Virus record (IMG/VR): IMGVR_UViG_3300031418_000007
DNA from: a virus
Lineage: Duplodnaviria > Caudoviricetes
DNA: 64,000 nucleotides
Strand: one strand, 5' to 3'
Shown: positions 48,347 to 57,093 of the stretch, in pieces
How positions within the stretch are numbered: the stretch's first letter is position 1
Layout of the letters: the number at the start of each line of letters is the position of its first letter
Program-made: the position numbers and the translations under genes
Notes under the pieces: model-generated
Told to the model about the DNA's origin: nothing
The model's database searches: none
The model's input: the letters and a program-made list of their open reading frames with translations, nothing else

Positions 48347-48625
48347 TTATGATGGATCGATAGAGGCTAATGTTTCAGCAGACAGAGAGACGATATCAAC
48401 GATCTCCCCATTCTTTTCTTTATCGTAGTTGTATTTCAGTGACCAACCCACCGCATTATCAGGAACATCCATCGTTTCTGAATACATGGTGATGTGTGCG
48501 GCTACTTCCATAGCGTCAGCTTCAGTGAGGTCTTCTTCACTGGTTACTTCCACTAACCACGCCAGTTTGCTTTTAACTAGCAAGATGTTACCTTCTTTCC
48601 AAACTTCTAATAACTTCTTAGCCAT
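48347..48625 (-). CDS. Small acidic hypothetical protein (92 aa)
   Basis: TAATG coupling; followed by a hairpin. Confidence 0.65.
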   Translation of the reverse strand: MAKKLLEVWKEGNILLVKSKLAWLVEVTSEEDLTEADAMEVAAHITMYSETMDVPDNAVGWSLKYNYDKEKNGEIVDIVSLSAETLASIDPS

Positions 48626-49488
48626 TAGTCTGCTTTCCTGTTGTAGAGTGTGTCTTCGAATGACTTGATGGTTTTAGTATCGGCCGGATTCACCATTACC
48701 ATAGATCCTCTACCATCAGCGACGTGCTTGAAACAAACAGATAACTGACGTACCGCGTTAGAAGGCACCTGCTCGTCCTTACTCTCATGGAAACGCCCCG
48801 CGAGCTCCTGATAACAACGACCTGCGATTATCACCGCTGTGTTATCGTGGAACTTCTTCCCACCCACGTCGATGTAAAGCGTGAACTCAGGATACTCGGC
48901 CATGATGATATTGCGAACATGGCTGATCGTAATGACAGCAGGCCTAACTTTCTTCCCTCCCGCATTCAGTACTTTGCGCATGAGGGCGTTGGTTGCTTCC
49001 AACTGTAACAACGAGGCCTTGCTACAGTCATGGCGTTCGTCTGTGCTGCGGCTACGAAGAAGGTAATCTTCTTTGACGCGGTTATAAGTTTCCTCTAACT
49101 GGAACAGTTCAAGAACATCGGATACGGAGGTCGATGATAACAACATTGCCTTACGCGTTCTATCAAGTAGATCCAGCTGTTCGGCCAACGCATCCATGTA
49201 TTCCTGATGGTGTGCGATCAAACGCTTTCTCAGTGCTTTAGAGGAAGTTTTGGTTACTTCCAATAGCTCGTAGTTTCTGGTATGTCCGAATAACCCACCC
49301 GATTGCAGATAGTCATTCAGACGTTCAGTAACCGGCGTGACCTCCGGCAGGTCATGGACACCCCAGTCTGAGGCCGTTTGCAGGTCGAGCATGATGCTTT
49401 CCACCAACATGCTTTGTTCACCCTTAACTGATTTCCTAACAGTTTCCAGGTATTGCTTAAATTCTTCTTGTGATCCGATCATTACCAT
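48625..49488 (-). CDS. Hypothetical protein (287 aa)
   Basis: Operonic ORF. Confidence 0.7.
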   Translation of the reverse strand: MVMIGSQEEFKQYLETVRKSVKGEQSMLVESIMLDLQTASDWGVHDLPEVTPVTERLNDYLQSGGLFGHTRNYELLEVTKTSSKALRKRLIAHHQEYMDALAEQLDLLDRTRKAMLLSSTSVSDVLELFQLEETYNRVKEDYLLRSRSTDERHDCSKASLLQLEATNALMRKVLNAGGKKVRPAVITISHVRNIIMAEYPEFTLYIDVGGKKFHDNTAVIIAGRCYQELAGRFHESKDEQVPSNAVRQLSVCFKHVADGRGSMVMVNPADTKTIKSFEDTLYNRKAD

Positions 49489-50030
49489 TCTCCCGCGTAG
49501 AACTTGTTCATATCAATAGCTTCATTGATCATGGATTGTTTGAAGAAGAGATTTTCTCCCCCTACCCCTACATCAACCACAGAGATCTTACTGCGCACCG
49601 CATCCAACTCAATACGCAAACGTGGCACCGCCGACCAGTCGTTTGCGCGCGAGTCCAGTGCATAACGAAGCTTTCCACTTAACGTGCGTTCCTGAGCTTT
49701 CAGCGCGTTCAGGTAGTTGCAACGTTGCACCCACAGGGCTTGCTTCAGTTCACGGTTGCGATCAATCAACACATTGCGTTCGTAGCCGTTGTAAGGATTG
49801 CTCCCCTGTTGCTGTTGGATCTTCATGCTTTTCACCAACCCATCCAATTCAGGCAGGTCGACCATCTCTTTCTTCACCGCACTGCGGATTAAGCCGAAAG
49901 CTTCTTTTACAACATCTACCAGATTACCGTGCAGACCATCGACATATTGCTCGCTGTGTTGAACCCAGGTCAGGATGTCATTCAGTTTTTTGATTTGACT
50001 CATTTGTAAATTCCTCATTGAAACAAACAT
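49482..50030 (-). CDS. Hypothetical helical protein (start probably MSQIKK)
   Basis: GAGG upstream of the internal ATG. Confidence 0.65.
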   Translation of the reverse strand: MFVSMRNLQMSQIKKLNDILTWVQHSEQYVDGLHGNLVDVVKEAFGLIRSAVKKEMVDLPELDGLVKSMKIQQQQGSNPYNGYERNVLIDRNRELKQALWVQRCNYLNALKAQERTLSGKLRYALDSRANDWSAVPRLRIELDAVRSKISVVDVGVGGENLFFKQSMINEAIDMNKFYAGEW

Positions 50031-50084
50031 ACAAACACTACAGAGGTTTCCCCCTGTAGTGTCAGATTATTTTTTAACTAAATG

Positions 50085-50405
50085 TTATTTAAACATTTCC
50101 TGTCGAGCAAGAAACTTCTGGTAGAGCTGGCCGTGCGCGACACGATAGCGATCTTTATAAGAACGAAGTATCATATCCAGTCGCTGTGCTTTTACAATTT
50201 CTGATCTCAGAGTTCGCAGAATCTCTTTTGATCGGGCGCGACTTCCCAGCAAGATCAACTCATTACGACTCATCTTCTTAAGATGCTTGATCAACGCCCG
50301 TTGGTTATCGACACGTATCTTCAGCGCAATAATAGTTTGCTTAAGATCTTCACAAAGTGCATCGTGGGGGATCTTTGGTTTACGACGCTTAAACATGGTA
50401 CTCAT
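50085..50405 (-). CDS. Basic coiled-coil hypothetical protein (106 aa)
   Basis: GGAG RBS. Confidence 0.65.
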   Translation of the reverse strand: MSTMFKRRKPKIPHDALCEDLKQTIIALKIRVDNQRALIKHLKKMSRNELILLGSRARSKEILRTLRSEIVKAQRLDMILRSYKDRYRVAHGQLYQKFLARQEMFK

Positions 50406-50429
50406 CTATTTCTCCCGAATAGAAAACTA

Positions 50430-50816
50430 CTACACGTGCAGCACACGAATGGCGTGATAGTCATTCGCGTCATTGGTGTATTCAGAGCTGATACGGAATT
50501 CGTGCTCAATGGTTTCTTTGCCTGGCTTATAAGCCAGCACAGCACGCACCACAGCGTCACCTACCATGAGCTTAATGGTTTCGTCAGGCAACCCGTGACC
50601 AAAGTTATTAAAAGGCAGTACAAAACGATACAGAGAACTTCCCCGACGCACCACCGCAGTGATGTTGGATTCACGGTTGATCTCAATTGATTTACGGATG
50701 TCGTGGTCTTCCGCCCCAACTGCCCAGAGGGAATAGCCAAAGACAGCAACAAAGAACATTAACGCTGTAACGATTAAACCAATAATCATGGTGATTTCCT
50801 TTAGGGTGGAAACCAC
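50430..50816 (-). CDS. Protein with an N-terminal transmembrane helix
   Basis: MIIGLIVTALMFFVAVFGYSLW segment. Confidence 0.7.
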   Translation of the reverse strand: MVSTLKEITMIIGLIVTALMFFVAVFGYSLWAVGAEDHDIRKSIEINRESNITAVVRRGSSLYRFVLPFNNFGHGLPDETIKLMVGDAVVRAVLAYKPGKETIEHEFRISSEYTNDANDYHAIRVLHV

Positions 50817-50824
50817 CCTATTTA

Positions 50825-51034
50825 TTATTTTTCAGAACGGATTAGCGAGTACGACATCACTCGCGCTTTAAACGGCCAGTCATTACAATTATAAATGTAA
50901 ACGGTGGCGTCATTTTTCTTTTCAATGAACTGCCCCGTATAGTGACAGCTATGTTCAACCAGATAACCGTCACTCACACTGCGGTCACAACCTACTACTA
51001 AAAATACCCATAAAACAAGCAATAACTTTTTCAT
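50825..51034 (-). CDS. Small lipoprotein (69 aa)
   Basis: MKK + hydrophobic core + LVVG-C lipobox; two further Cys. Confidence 0.7.
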   Translation of the reverse strand: MKKLLLVLWVFLVVGCDRSVSDGYLVEHSCHYTGQFIEKKNDATVYIYNCNDWPFKARVMSYSLIRSEK

Positions 51035-51037
51035 TTA

Positions 51038-51667
51038 TTATTCCTCTGGAATGTTCAATTCGTCTAATAAGCCGTTGATATCCCACAGGATCTTTTTATT
51101 CGAGCCGTACACTGATAAGAATTCCGCAGCGTTAGTAATGTAGCCCGCTTCCAACACATCAGTAGAAACCCTGATAGGTGAAGCAAAACTCACAGAGACA
51201 AAATCAGCGGGTAAGATGGTATAGCCGAATATATGATTGTCCGTGAAGAAGCATACATCACGTCCGTCATAATCCCGGTGTATCATCACAACCACCAACC
51301 CCTTCTTGATGCGTTCATCAATTTCACTGCGGCTGAGAATACGTCCTTTTAATATTGACTTAGTGGGGTGCAATAGACGATGTCTAAAGACCTCACGTAG
51401 ATTGCTTGAGACGACCCCATAAGCGGCAAAGTTAAACTGCTCATCATATTGTGGTTTGCCCAGATTAAATGCCGCTGGTTTAAACACGTCCCCAGTTTGT
51501 TCAGCCGCAAAGCGATTGCACGACTCTGCATCTTTGAAGAAAACTGTTTTTAATTCACCGCCGCCTTCACGCTCTGGTAACTTACTCCAGTACGTTAAGG
51601 CAAAGCGACTGTCGGCCATCCGGTATACGGTGCCGTGGTACTCCTCCAGGGTATCTAGGATGCTCAT
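51038..51667 (-). CDS. Hypothetical protein (209 aa)
   Basis: Operonic ORF. Confidence 0.7.
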   Translation of the reverse strand: MSILDTLEEYHGTVYRMADSRFALTYWSKLPEREGGGELKTVFFKDAESCNRFAAEQTGDVFKPAAFNLGKPQYDEQFNFAAYGVVSSNLREVFRHRLLHPTKSILKGRILSRSEIDERIKKGLVVVMIHRDYDGRDVCFFTDNHIFGYTILPADFVSVSFASPIRVSTDVLEAGYITNAAEFLSVYGSNKKILWDINGLLDELNIPEE

Positions 51668-51672
51668 GCTTG

Positions 51673-52023
51673 TTATCTCCGGTTGCGGGTACGGTGAGAA
51701 ATGCTCGCGTATTTGTTGAATTTGTTTTGAATCAGCACCCAGCCAGCATCGAGTTCTTCGATTGGTGAGGTGCGGGTCAATCTATCGCCTACTTCATCCA
51801 TAGCGTAAAGTGCGTTATGGATTTCAGCCTTGGTGTGTCTCTTTAAGTGAGGGCGCTTTAACAAGATACGGTAAAGCGTTTTTGTGGTTTGTAAAAAATC
51901 AAGTACGTCTAAATAACGACGTTCTTGTGTAGACAGTTGTTTGGCTTCGGCAGGCAACGGAAAACCGTTCTGTAAAGCCAAATCCAACAAGACTTCGTTT
52001 AACTTATTCATAATAACTCCCAA
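51673..52023 (-). CDS. Hypothetical protein (about 112 aa)
   Basis: GGGAG precedes MNKL; promoter motif at about 52051-52070. Confidence 0.65.
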   Translation of the reverse strand: MGVIMNKLNEVLLDLALQNGFPLPAEAKQLSTQERRYLDVLDFLQTTKTLYRILLKRPHLKRHTKAEIHNALYAMDEVGDRLTRTSPIEELDAGWVLIQNKFNKYASISHRTRNRR

Positions 52024-52049
52024 CGATTAATTCAAATGTTTTATCACTA

Positions 52050-52070
52050 CTTAGATAATATAGATTTAAG
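52050..52070 (-). promoter_or_regulatory. Early-type promoter motif
   Basis: Minus strand CTTAAATCTATATTATCTAAG. Confidence 0.6.
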
Positions 52071-52120
52071 ATTAATTCTATTACAAATGCTATGACAGTC
52101 ATTACTGAGGATAAAAAAAC

Positions 52121-52963
52121 ATGAGTTGCGTTGAACACGCTATCAACATGGTTCAGAACTCGGATATCGACCAGTATTTGTTAGAGCTTGCCTTTGCTAA
52201 TCCCAACGGTAACTTTGCAGGCAACTGGTACGACTACGTAGATCAGACCACTGTTGAGCAAGGCATACGCGAAAAGGTTATTCATGCTTCTGTACTCCCT
52301 TCTTGCAAGATCAACGGTGGTAGAACCGAATTCATTGATCTTTACGGAAGTCGTGTGCGTGACATGGGTAACGGTTGCGTTGAAGTAAAGTGCCCGTTGG
52401 GCATCACAGGCGGACGTCATATCGTTAACGTGACCGAAGTCTATCTGGGTTCTCTGAATTCGGTCACAGGGACGCTGGGTTTAAATTCCTCTAGCTCGGC
52501 ATGCGGTCAGGGTGTGATGAACGAAATGTTGAGCGGGGTTCTGGATAGTTTGCAAAGCAGTCGCGCTATGCCAACCTCCTTTACCACCATCCACATGAAC
52601 GGCAACAACTCCTTTGTTATCGAGGGGATGACGAATCCACTGTTCTCCATGGTCGCGAAAATGATCCTGGAGTACGATGATTCACTGTCGGTAATTGATC
52701 CACGCTCGTGGGATATGTTTGGTGACCTTTGTATTCTGGCCACCAAGAACTATATCTTCCGTACCTGTAAGCGTCCTGCTGAAGAAGCGGTGCGTCGCAG
52801 TGGTGTGAGTTTGGATAACATCCGTGACGATATTTCTGAATACCGTGACGCGTGGCAGCAGTACCGCGAGCTGTTTAAAACGAGCTGGACCAAAGCCATG
52901 GGCTACTCTGATGTGCGTCGTGTCGCCAGTTCTATTGCCGCTATCGTACCAAGAAGAATGTAA
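52121..52963 (+). CDS. Core protein, probably virion structural (280 aa)
   Basis: GAGGA RBS; long ORF. Confidence 0.7.
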   Translation: MSCVEHAINMVQNSDIDQYLLELAFANPNGNFAGNWYDYVDQTTVEQGIREKVIHASVLPSCKINGGRTEFIDLYGSRVRDMGNGCVEVKCPLGITGGRHIVNVTEVYLGSLNSVTGTLGLNSSSSACGQGVMNEMLSGVLDSLQSSRAMPTSFTTIHMNGNNSFVIEGMTNPLFSMVAKMILEYDDSLSVIDPRSWDMFGDLCILATKNYIFRTCKRPAEEAVRRSGVSLDNIRDDISEYRDAWQQYRELFKTSWTKAMGYSDVRRVASSIAAIVPRRM

Positions 52964-53011
52964 ACGAAAAAGTAACTATCTGATTAGGGGGCTCGCCTCC
53001 TAGTCAGTTTT

Positions 53012-53896
53012 ATGTTACTAACTTTATCTGAGGCTACCATGCCAAACACAATCAAAAGTACTGTTGATCGTCTAATCGATGGGTTAGAAGATTACTGCTT
53101 GAACCGTGAAAGCTTTGATGCGCGTTATGTGTGCGGCCAACTCTTCCTCCATGGTCAAGCCTCCGCCTACGATATCGGCATGCCCGGTCGTTTTTATGGA
53201 GAAGACGCAACTCGTAAACAATACATTTTCAACTGGTTCACTGACCTCTGGACGAAAAACGTTCACCGTTATCATGAACTGGTTACACCTTATCTTACCT
53301 ACGATGCTTTTTTAAATGCCAACGTCATAAAACTCGCAAGGCTAACCCGACCTGTGAACGTGCGCGAATACGTCGCCAGCTTGACACGCTTAGTGGAAAG
53401 CCAAACCTTTGTGGATTTGCGAATAGAACGTTACCGCAATAACAGCAAGCGTTTAAACGAGCTTCTAGTCGACTCCCCAGACCTGCGCTACAAGACAGCG
53501 TCTGCTGCTTTACTAAACGCAGGAAATGATCTCGCTTTCGCTATTGAAAGATTGAAGAGAGATTACACTGGTGATTCTCTGTATCCCACAGCTACGTTGA
53601 CTTTCTGTAGCGTTGCCGATCAGCTTAACAACCAACTACATTCGTTTATTAATGTGTTGGGTCTACCCTCTATGGTTAGCTACGGGGAGGTCTGGCTAAG
53701 TGGATCCCCTGAGAATGCGTTGGTAGAAGCATTTCCTCAAACCACCTTGAAGACGTTGGTAGAAAGTCGAGCACATGAAGTACTGGTGCTGACATTAACT
53801 AATTTACAACTCATGGCTGAAGTTATCTTGTACGTCAACAATGCCGCACAAGAAATGGCCAAAGTCATTCACAACCTTACGAGTATAAATAAATGA
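53012..53896 (+). CDS. Hypothetical protein (about 285-294 aa)
   Basis: ORF; ATGA overlap with the next gene. Confidence 0.7.
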   Translation: MLLTLSEATMPNTIKSTVDRLIDGLEDYCLNRESFDARYVCGQLFLHGQASAYDIGMPGRFYGEDATRKQYIFNWFTDLWTKNVHRYHELVTPYLTYDAFLNANVIKLARLTRPVNVREYVASLTRLVESQTFVDLRIERYRNNSKRLNELLVDSPDLRYKTASAALLNAGNDLAFAIERLKRDYTGDSLYPTATLTFCSVADQLNNQLHSFINVLGLPSMVSYGEVWLSGSPENALVEAFPQTTLKTLVESRAHEVLVLTLTNLQLMAEVILYVNNAAQEMAKVIHNLTSINK

Positions 53897-55221
53897 AATA
53901 TTTTTCTCCTGAGTATTCCCTGTTCGAAGACCAGCAGAGTGGGCTTGAAGGTTTCTTACTTCAGTTCGCTGGATTAGAAGCATTCAACGTACCTGGCGCT
54001 GGAAAGATCTTCGACATCTATTTCCAACAGGATGCCGAGGAATATGATCTGAAGTGGGCACAACGCCTGCGTCGTTATGTCTACAGCTTTACTACCCGTA
54101 AACAAGGCATGACAGATTATACTGAATTCTTTGGTTCGCCGTACCTGGGTTTGCAAAAGATCGTGTTTACCACCGCTGATCGCAACCAGTGGTTCACCGA
54201 GATCTTTGATGCAGATGAAGATCAACTGTATGAAGCATTGATCGCCACCGGTATCGTCAAGAAAGAGTGGAACGTTGTTTCTGATGTTTGGAACATGTCT
54301 GTGCCGTACCTGTTGTGCCAGGCGTATAACTCCAAGAAGCTGGATGACAAAACCAAACACCAGGCAATGGTTGATATCATTTGTATGTACCACTACAAAT
54401 GTTTAACCAGTATCATTGCCAATGACTACAAGTTCTTGGCGCGTAAAGAAGTCGTCATTGAAACGTATAATCAGTTGTCGTTGAAATATGACATTAAGCG
54501 TTACGGTAGCTGGCGCGCACTGATTGAAGCCCGCGCAGAGTTTATTCTGGATCCACGCACCGGTATTCACTATGACGCCTTTACCACCATGAAGAACGAC
54601 GCTAAAATCGTTTATATGGTGGGTGACATCCAAGACCGTCTGCGCGGTGTTATTAATGATATCAACAAAGTCTTCCATGACGTTAAGACCAAAACCGATA
54701 TCTTCAGCATCGAAGGTAACACGGTGAACCTGGAAGATGGCATCACTATCAAAAACGTCAGTAAAGAAGTTCCGCAGTACAAGAACTATATAGAAAGTGT
54801 GCTGGTATCTGAACAGGCCTTCTATAAAGAAGAACTGATCCGCTTTGCCTGTAAGATCGCAGAGTTCGGCGGAACAGATAAACTTTCTTATGTCGTGAGA
54901 GCCTTCCCAGGTATTTACAACAGCAAGAAAGGTGCGGAACCTGCCCACAAATTCGTTGATGAATTAACGGTACATCTGTTCGAATACCTGCGTGTTAACA
55001 ATATTCTGAAGACGCATGTTGTTGACGTTGCTCGAAAAATGAAGGGAGCGTACAACTCACCGCGTTCTGTTAATGAGACAGTACTGTATCTGCGACAGTT
55101 CGGTGATGAACTGGTAACCTCTCAAACGGGCATCCGAACACCCAGTACTATAATTTCACTGAGAACGGCATTTCTTGTCTATATGTGTTTACGAATTATA
55201 ACAAGAGATAATTACCAATAA
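53893..55221 (+). CDS. Core protein, probably virion-associated (442 aa)
   Basis: Long ORF; the N-terminal LE.F motif resembles prohead-protease sites. Confidence 0.7.
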   Translation: MKYFSPEYSLFEDQQSGLEGFLLQFAGLEAFNVPGAGKIFDIYFQQDAEEYDLKWAQRLRRYVYSFTTRKQGMTDYTEFFGSPYLGLQKIVFTTADRNQWFTEIFDADEDQLYEALIATGIVKKEWNVVSDVWNMSVPYLLCQAYNSKKLDDKTKHQAMVDIICMYHYKCLTSIIANDYKFLARKEVVIETYNQLSLKYDIKRYGSWRALIEARAEFILDPRTGIHYDAFTTMKNDAKIVYMVGDIQDRLRGVINDINKVFHDVKTKTDIFSIEGNTVNLEDGITIKNVSKEVPQYKNYIESVLVSEQAFYKEELIRFACKIAEFGGTDKLSYVVRAFPGIYNSKKGAEPAHKFVDELTVHLFEYLRVNNILKTHVVDVARKMKGAYNSPRSVNETVLYLRQFGDELVTSQTGIRTPSTIISLRTAFLVYMCLRIITRDNYQ

Positions 55222-55231
55222 GGCGGGTTTT

Positions 55232-55864
55232 ATGATTGATCAGAATAGTGACCGGAAGAGTGACCTCACAGCGCTTCTGGCAGAGCAGTTAACTGGATAT
55301 ACCCCGGAGCAAGTCATTGAGATCCGGGAAGTGATGATGGGCAATATCGGCGCGATGGTAGATGCTCACCTTGAGAACCGTTCACTTCTGCGTCCTCCCA
55401 AGGACACGGCTGCTTTGTTCAACGGCATTCTAAACGGCACTATTGCTGAGATCCAGAACTTCACCGCAGATGGCGCGGGTCGCCGACTATTCACCAAAGC
55501 CATTCAGGGTGAAGATAAAGTCTATTATCAGCCTTACGTCCGCAACAAAGACGGCAAGGAAGAAGAATGGAATATTACCCTCAAGAACCTCAACAACGGC
55601 TTGTGGGCGGAAGTTCCTTCTGAAGAAGAACGAGTAGGCTTCGGTATCGCTTTAGATGCCTTGCTAAATGGTCAGGTTGACTTCATTCGCTGTGAAGACT
55701 GGCCAGATCATCGTCAATGTTTACGCCGCACGCTGGTGATTTGTGAAGACGGTAATTATTACGCCATCCGCAACACCGCCAATGGCGCACTGTTTTGTCC
55801 TTCTAGTTCGGTCATGGCGTCTAAGAACTGGATCATGTTCAAACTTTCTAAGGTAGCCGAATAA
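55232..55864 (+). CDS. Two-domain protein with a C-terminal DUF2829/Tad2-like domain
   Basis: GFGIALDALLNG...IRCEDW...FCPSSSVMASKNW. Confidence 0.55.
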   Translation: MIDQNSDRKSDLTALLAEQLTGYTPEQVIEIREVMMGNIGAMVDAHLENRSLLRPPKDTAALFNGILNGTIAEIQNFTADGAGRRLFTKAIQGEDKVYYQPYVRNKDGKEEEWNITLKNLNNGLWAEVPSEEERVGFGIALDALLNGQVDFIRCEDWPDHRQCLRRTLVICEDGNYYAIRNTANGALFCPSSSVMASKNWIMFKLSKVAE

Positions 55865-56013
55865 TGCCAACTAAACGTATTTCTAAAAACCGTGTTAAGC
55901 GTGTGGGTCGTAAGGGTCAGATCTTGAACCAATTCTTTCGCACTCTGGTGAAAAACAAAGCCGCTCCTGAAGCCGAGGTGAAAGATGATTCCGAACTTCA
56001 ACCCCAAGGGTAA
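55864..56013 (+). CDS. 49-aa basic peptide (below the ORF-track cutoff)
   Basis: TAATG coupling; MPTKRISKNRVKRVGRKGQILNQFFRTLVKNKAAPEAEVKDDSELQPQG*. Confidence 0.55.
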   Translation: MPTKRISKNRVKRVGRKGQILNQFFRTLVKNKAAPEAEVKDDSELQPQG

Positions 56014-56046
56014 ACGTAAGTTGCTTCCTAAATCAAGGAGCAAATT

Positions 56047-56598
56047 ATGTACGTTGTCGTAGAAGGTATGGATCTCGCAGGTAAATCATTATATATACAA
56101 AAACTGGTAAAGCTTTACGCGAAAACCGGGAAAGAGATCCTTACTGTCAGTGAACCATTTATGGGGCATCCCACTGGTCAAAAGATCCGTGACTTCTTGA
56201 AAGCGAAATCCACCAATAGCGACGAACTGTATCGCCTTTATAAAGAGAATCGTGAATATCTCTGGCGTGCAGTTATTCGTCCTGCTCTTGAGGCTGGCAA
56301 GATTGTCATCAGTGATCGAAACTTTGTTAGTTCCATGGTCTACCAGGAATCCATGGGCATGATGTCGGTGTTAGGTCACAACGATGCCAACCACCCTGAC
56401 GTCATCTACTGGTTAAGCACTTCACACGAAACCTATGTAAAGCGTTTAGCCCGTAAAAAGAACCTCGAGGTTATCGAGATTGAATTACAAGATCGTAACC
56501 TGTTCGAGAAAAAACTGCGTCGTTATCGCGAAGCCTGTTCTTTATTGCAACGCGTTAGCAACAAAACCATGGTTATTCCTGTAGGTGAACTTGCATGA
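56047..56598 (+). CDS. tmk: Thymidylate (dTMP) kinase
   Basis: VEGMDLAGKS P-loop, EP motif and ISDRNFVSSMVYQ. Confidence 0.9.
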   Translation: MYVVVEGMDLAGKSLYIQKLVKLYAKTGKEILTVSEPFMGHPTGQKIRDFLKAKSTNSDELYRLYKENREYLWRAVIRPALEAGKIVISDRNFVSSMVYQESMGMMSVLGHNDANHPDVIYWLSTSHETYVKRLARKKNLEVIEIELQDRNLFEKKLRRYREACSLLQRVSNKTMVIPVGELA

Positions 56599-57038
56599 CT
56601 ACACACTTAGACACAGCTAAATATAACGTTGATTTGCCGGTTTACTCCGCCATGACCATTAACCACCTGAAAGCCTGGTTCAGTCTCCAGACTATCGCTG
56701 CGTTCAACGGCCATGTCTTTAACCTGCCGCTTCAGCGCTGGGTTAAAGATCACGAAATCAGTATGAACGACATGACGTTTAAAAGCGAAGTCGTTCTTAA
56801 TGATCAGGGTGACGGTGTTGCACTGAAGTACAGCCTGACTTCCAAAGGCCTGGACTTTACCAAACTGGCGAGCATGGGGTTGAGCATGACCAGCCTGATC
56901 AACGGTTTCATGGATTCCCTGCTGGTAGAACAACACGTGGATCGCGGACTGATTATCGGCATGAATGTAAAGGTCGATGGTAACGTGATCCTGGTGACGG
57001 TACCGCTGGCCAAGCCGTTGAAATCTTTACTGCATTAA
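56595..57038 (+). CDS. Hypothetical protein (147 aa)
   Basis: ATGA overlap with tmk. Confidence 0.7.
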   Translation: MTTHLDTAKYNVDLPVYSAMTINHLKAWFSLQTIAAFNGHVFNLPLQRWVKDHEISMNDMTFKSEVVLNDQGDGVALKYSLTSKGLDFTKLASMGLSMTSLINGFMDSLLVEQHVDRGLIIGMNVKVDGNVILVTVPLAKPLKSLLH

Positions 57039-57049
57039 GTTAATAAACT

Positions 57050-57079
57050 AACTACTACTCCCTTGCGGGAGTAGTAGTT
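57050..57079. terminator. Bidirectional intrinsic terminator (same family)
   Basis: aactactactccc-TTGC-gggagtagtagtt between convergent genes. Confidence 0.85.
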
Positions 57080-57093
57080 ATTATTTATGTTTA

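Noticed and set aside
50430-51034. Spanin pair
   Set aside because: The lipoprotein gene precedes the TM gene, there is no coiled-coil periplasmic domain and the context is early.
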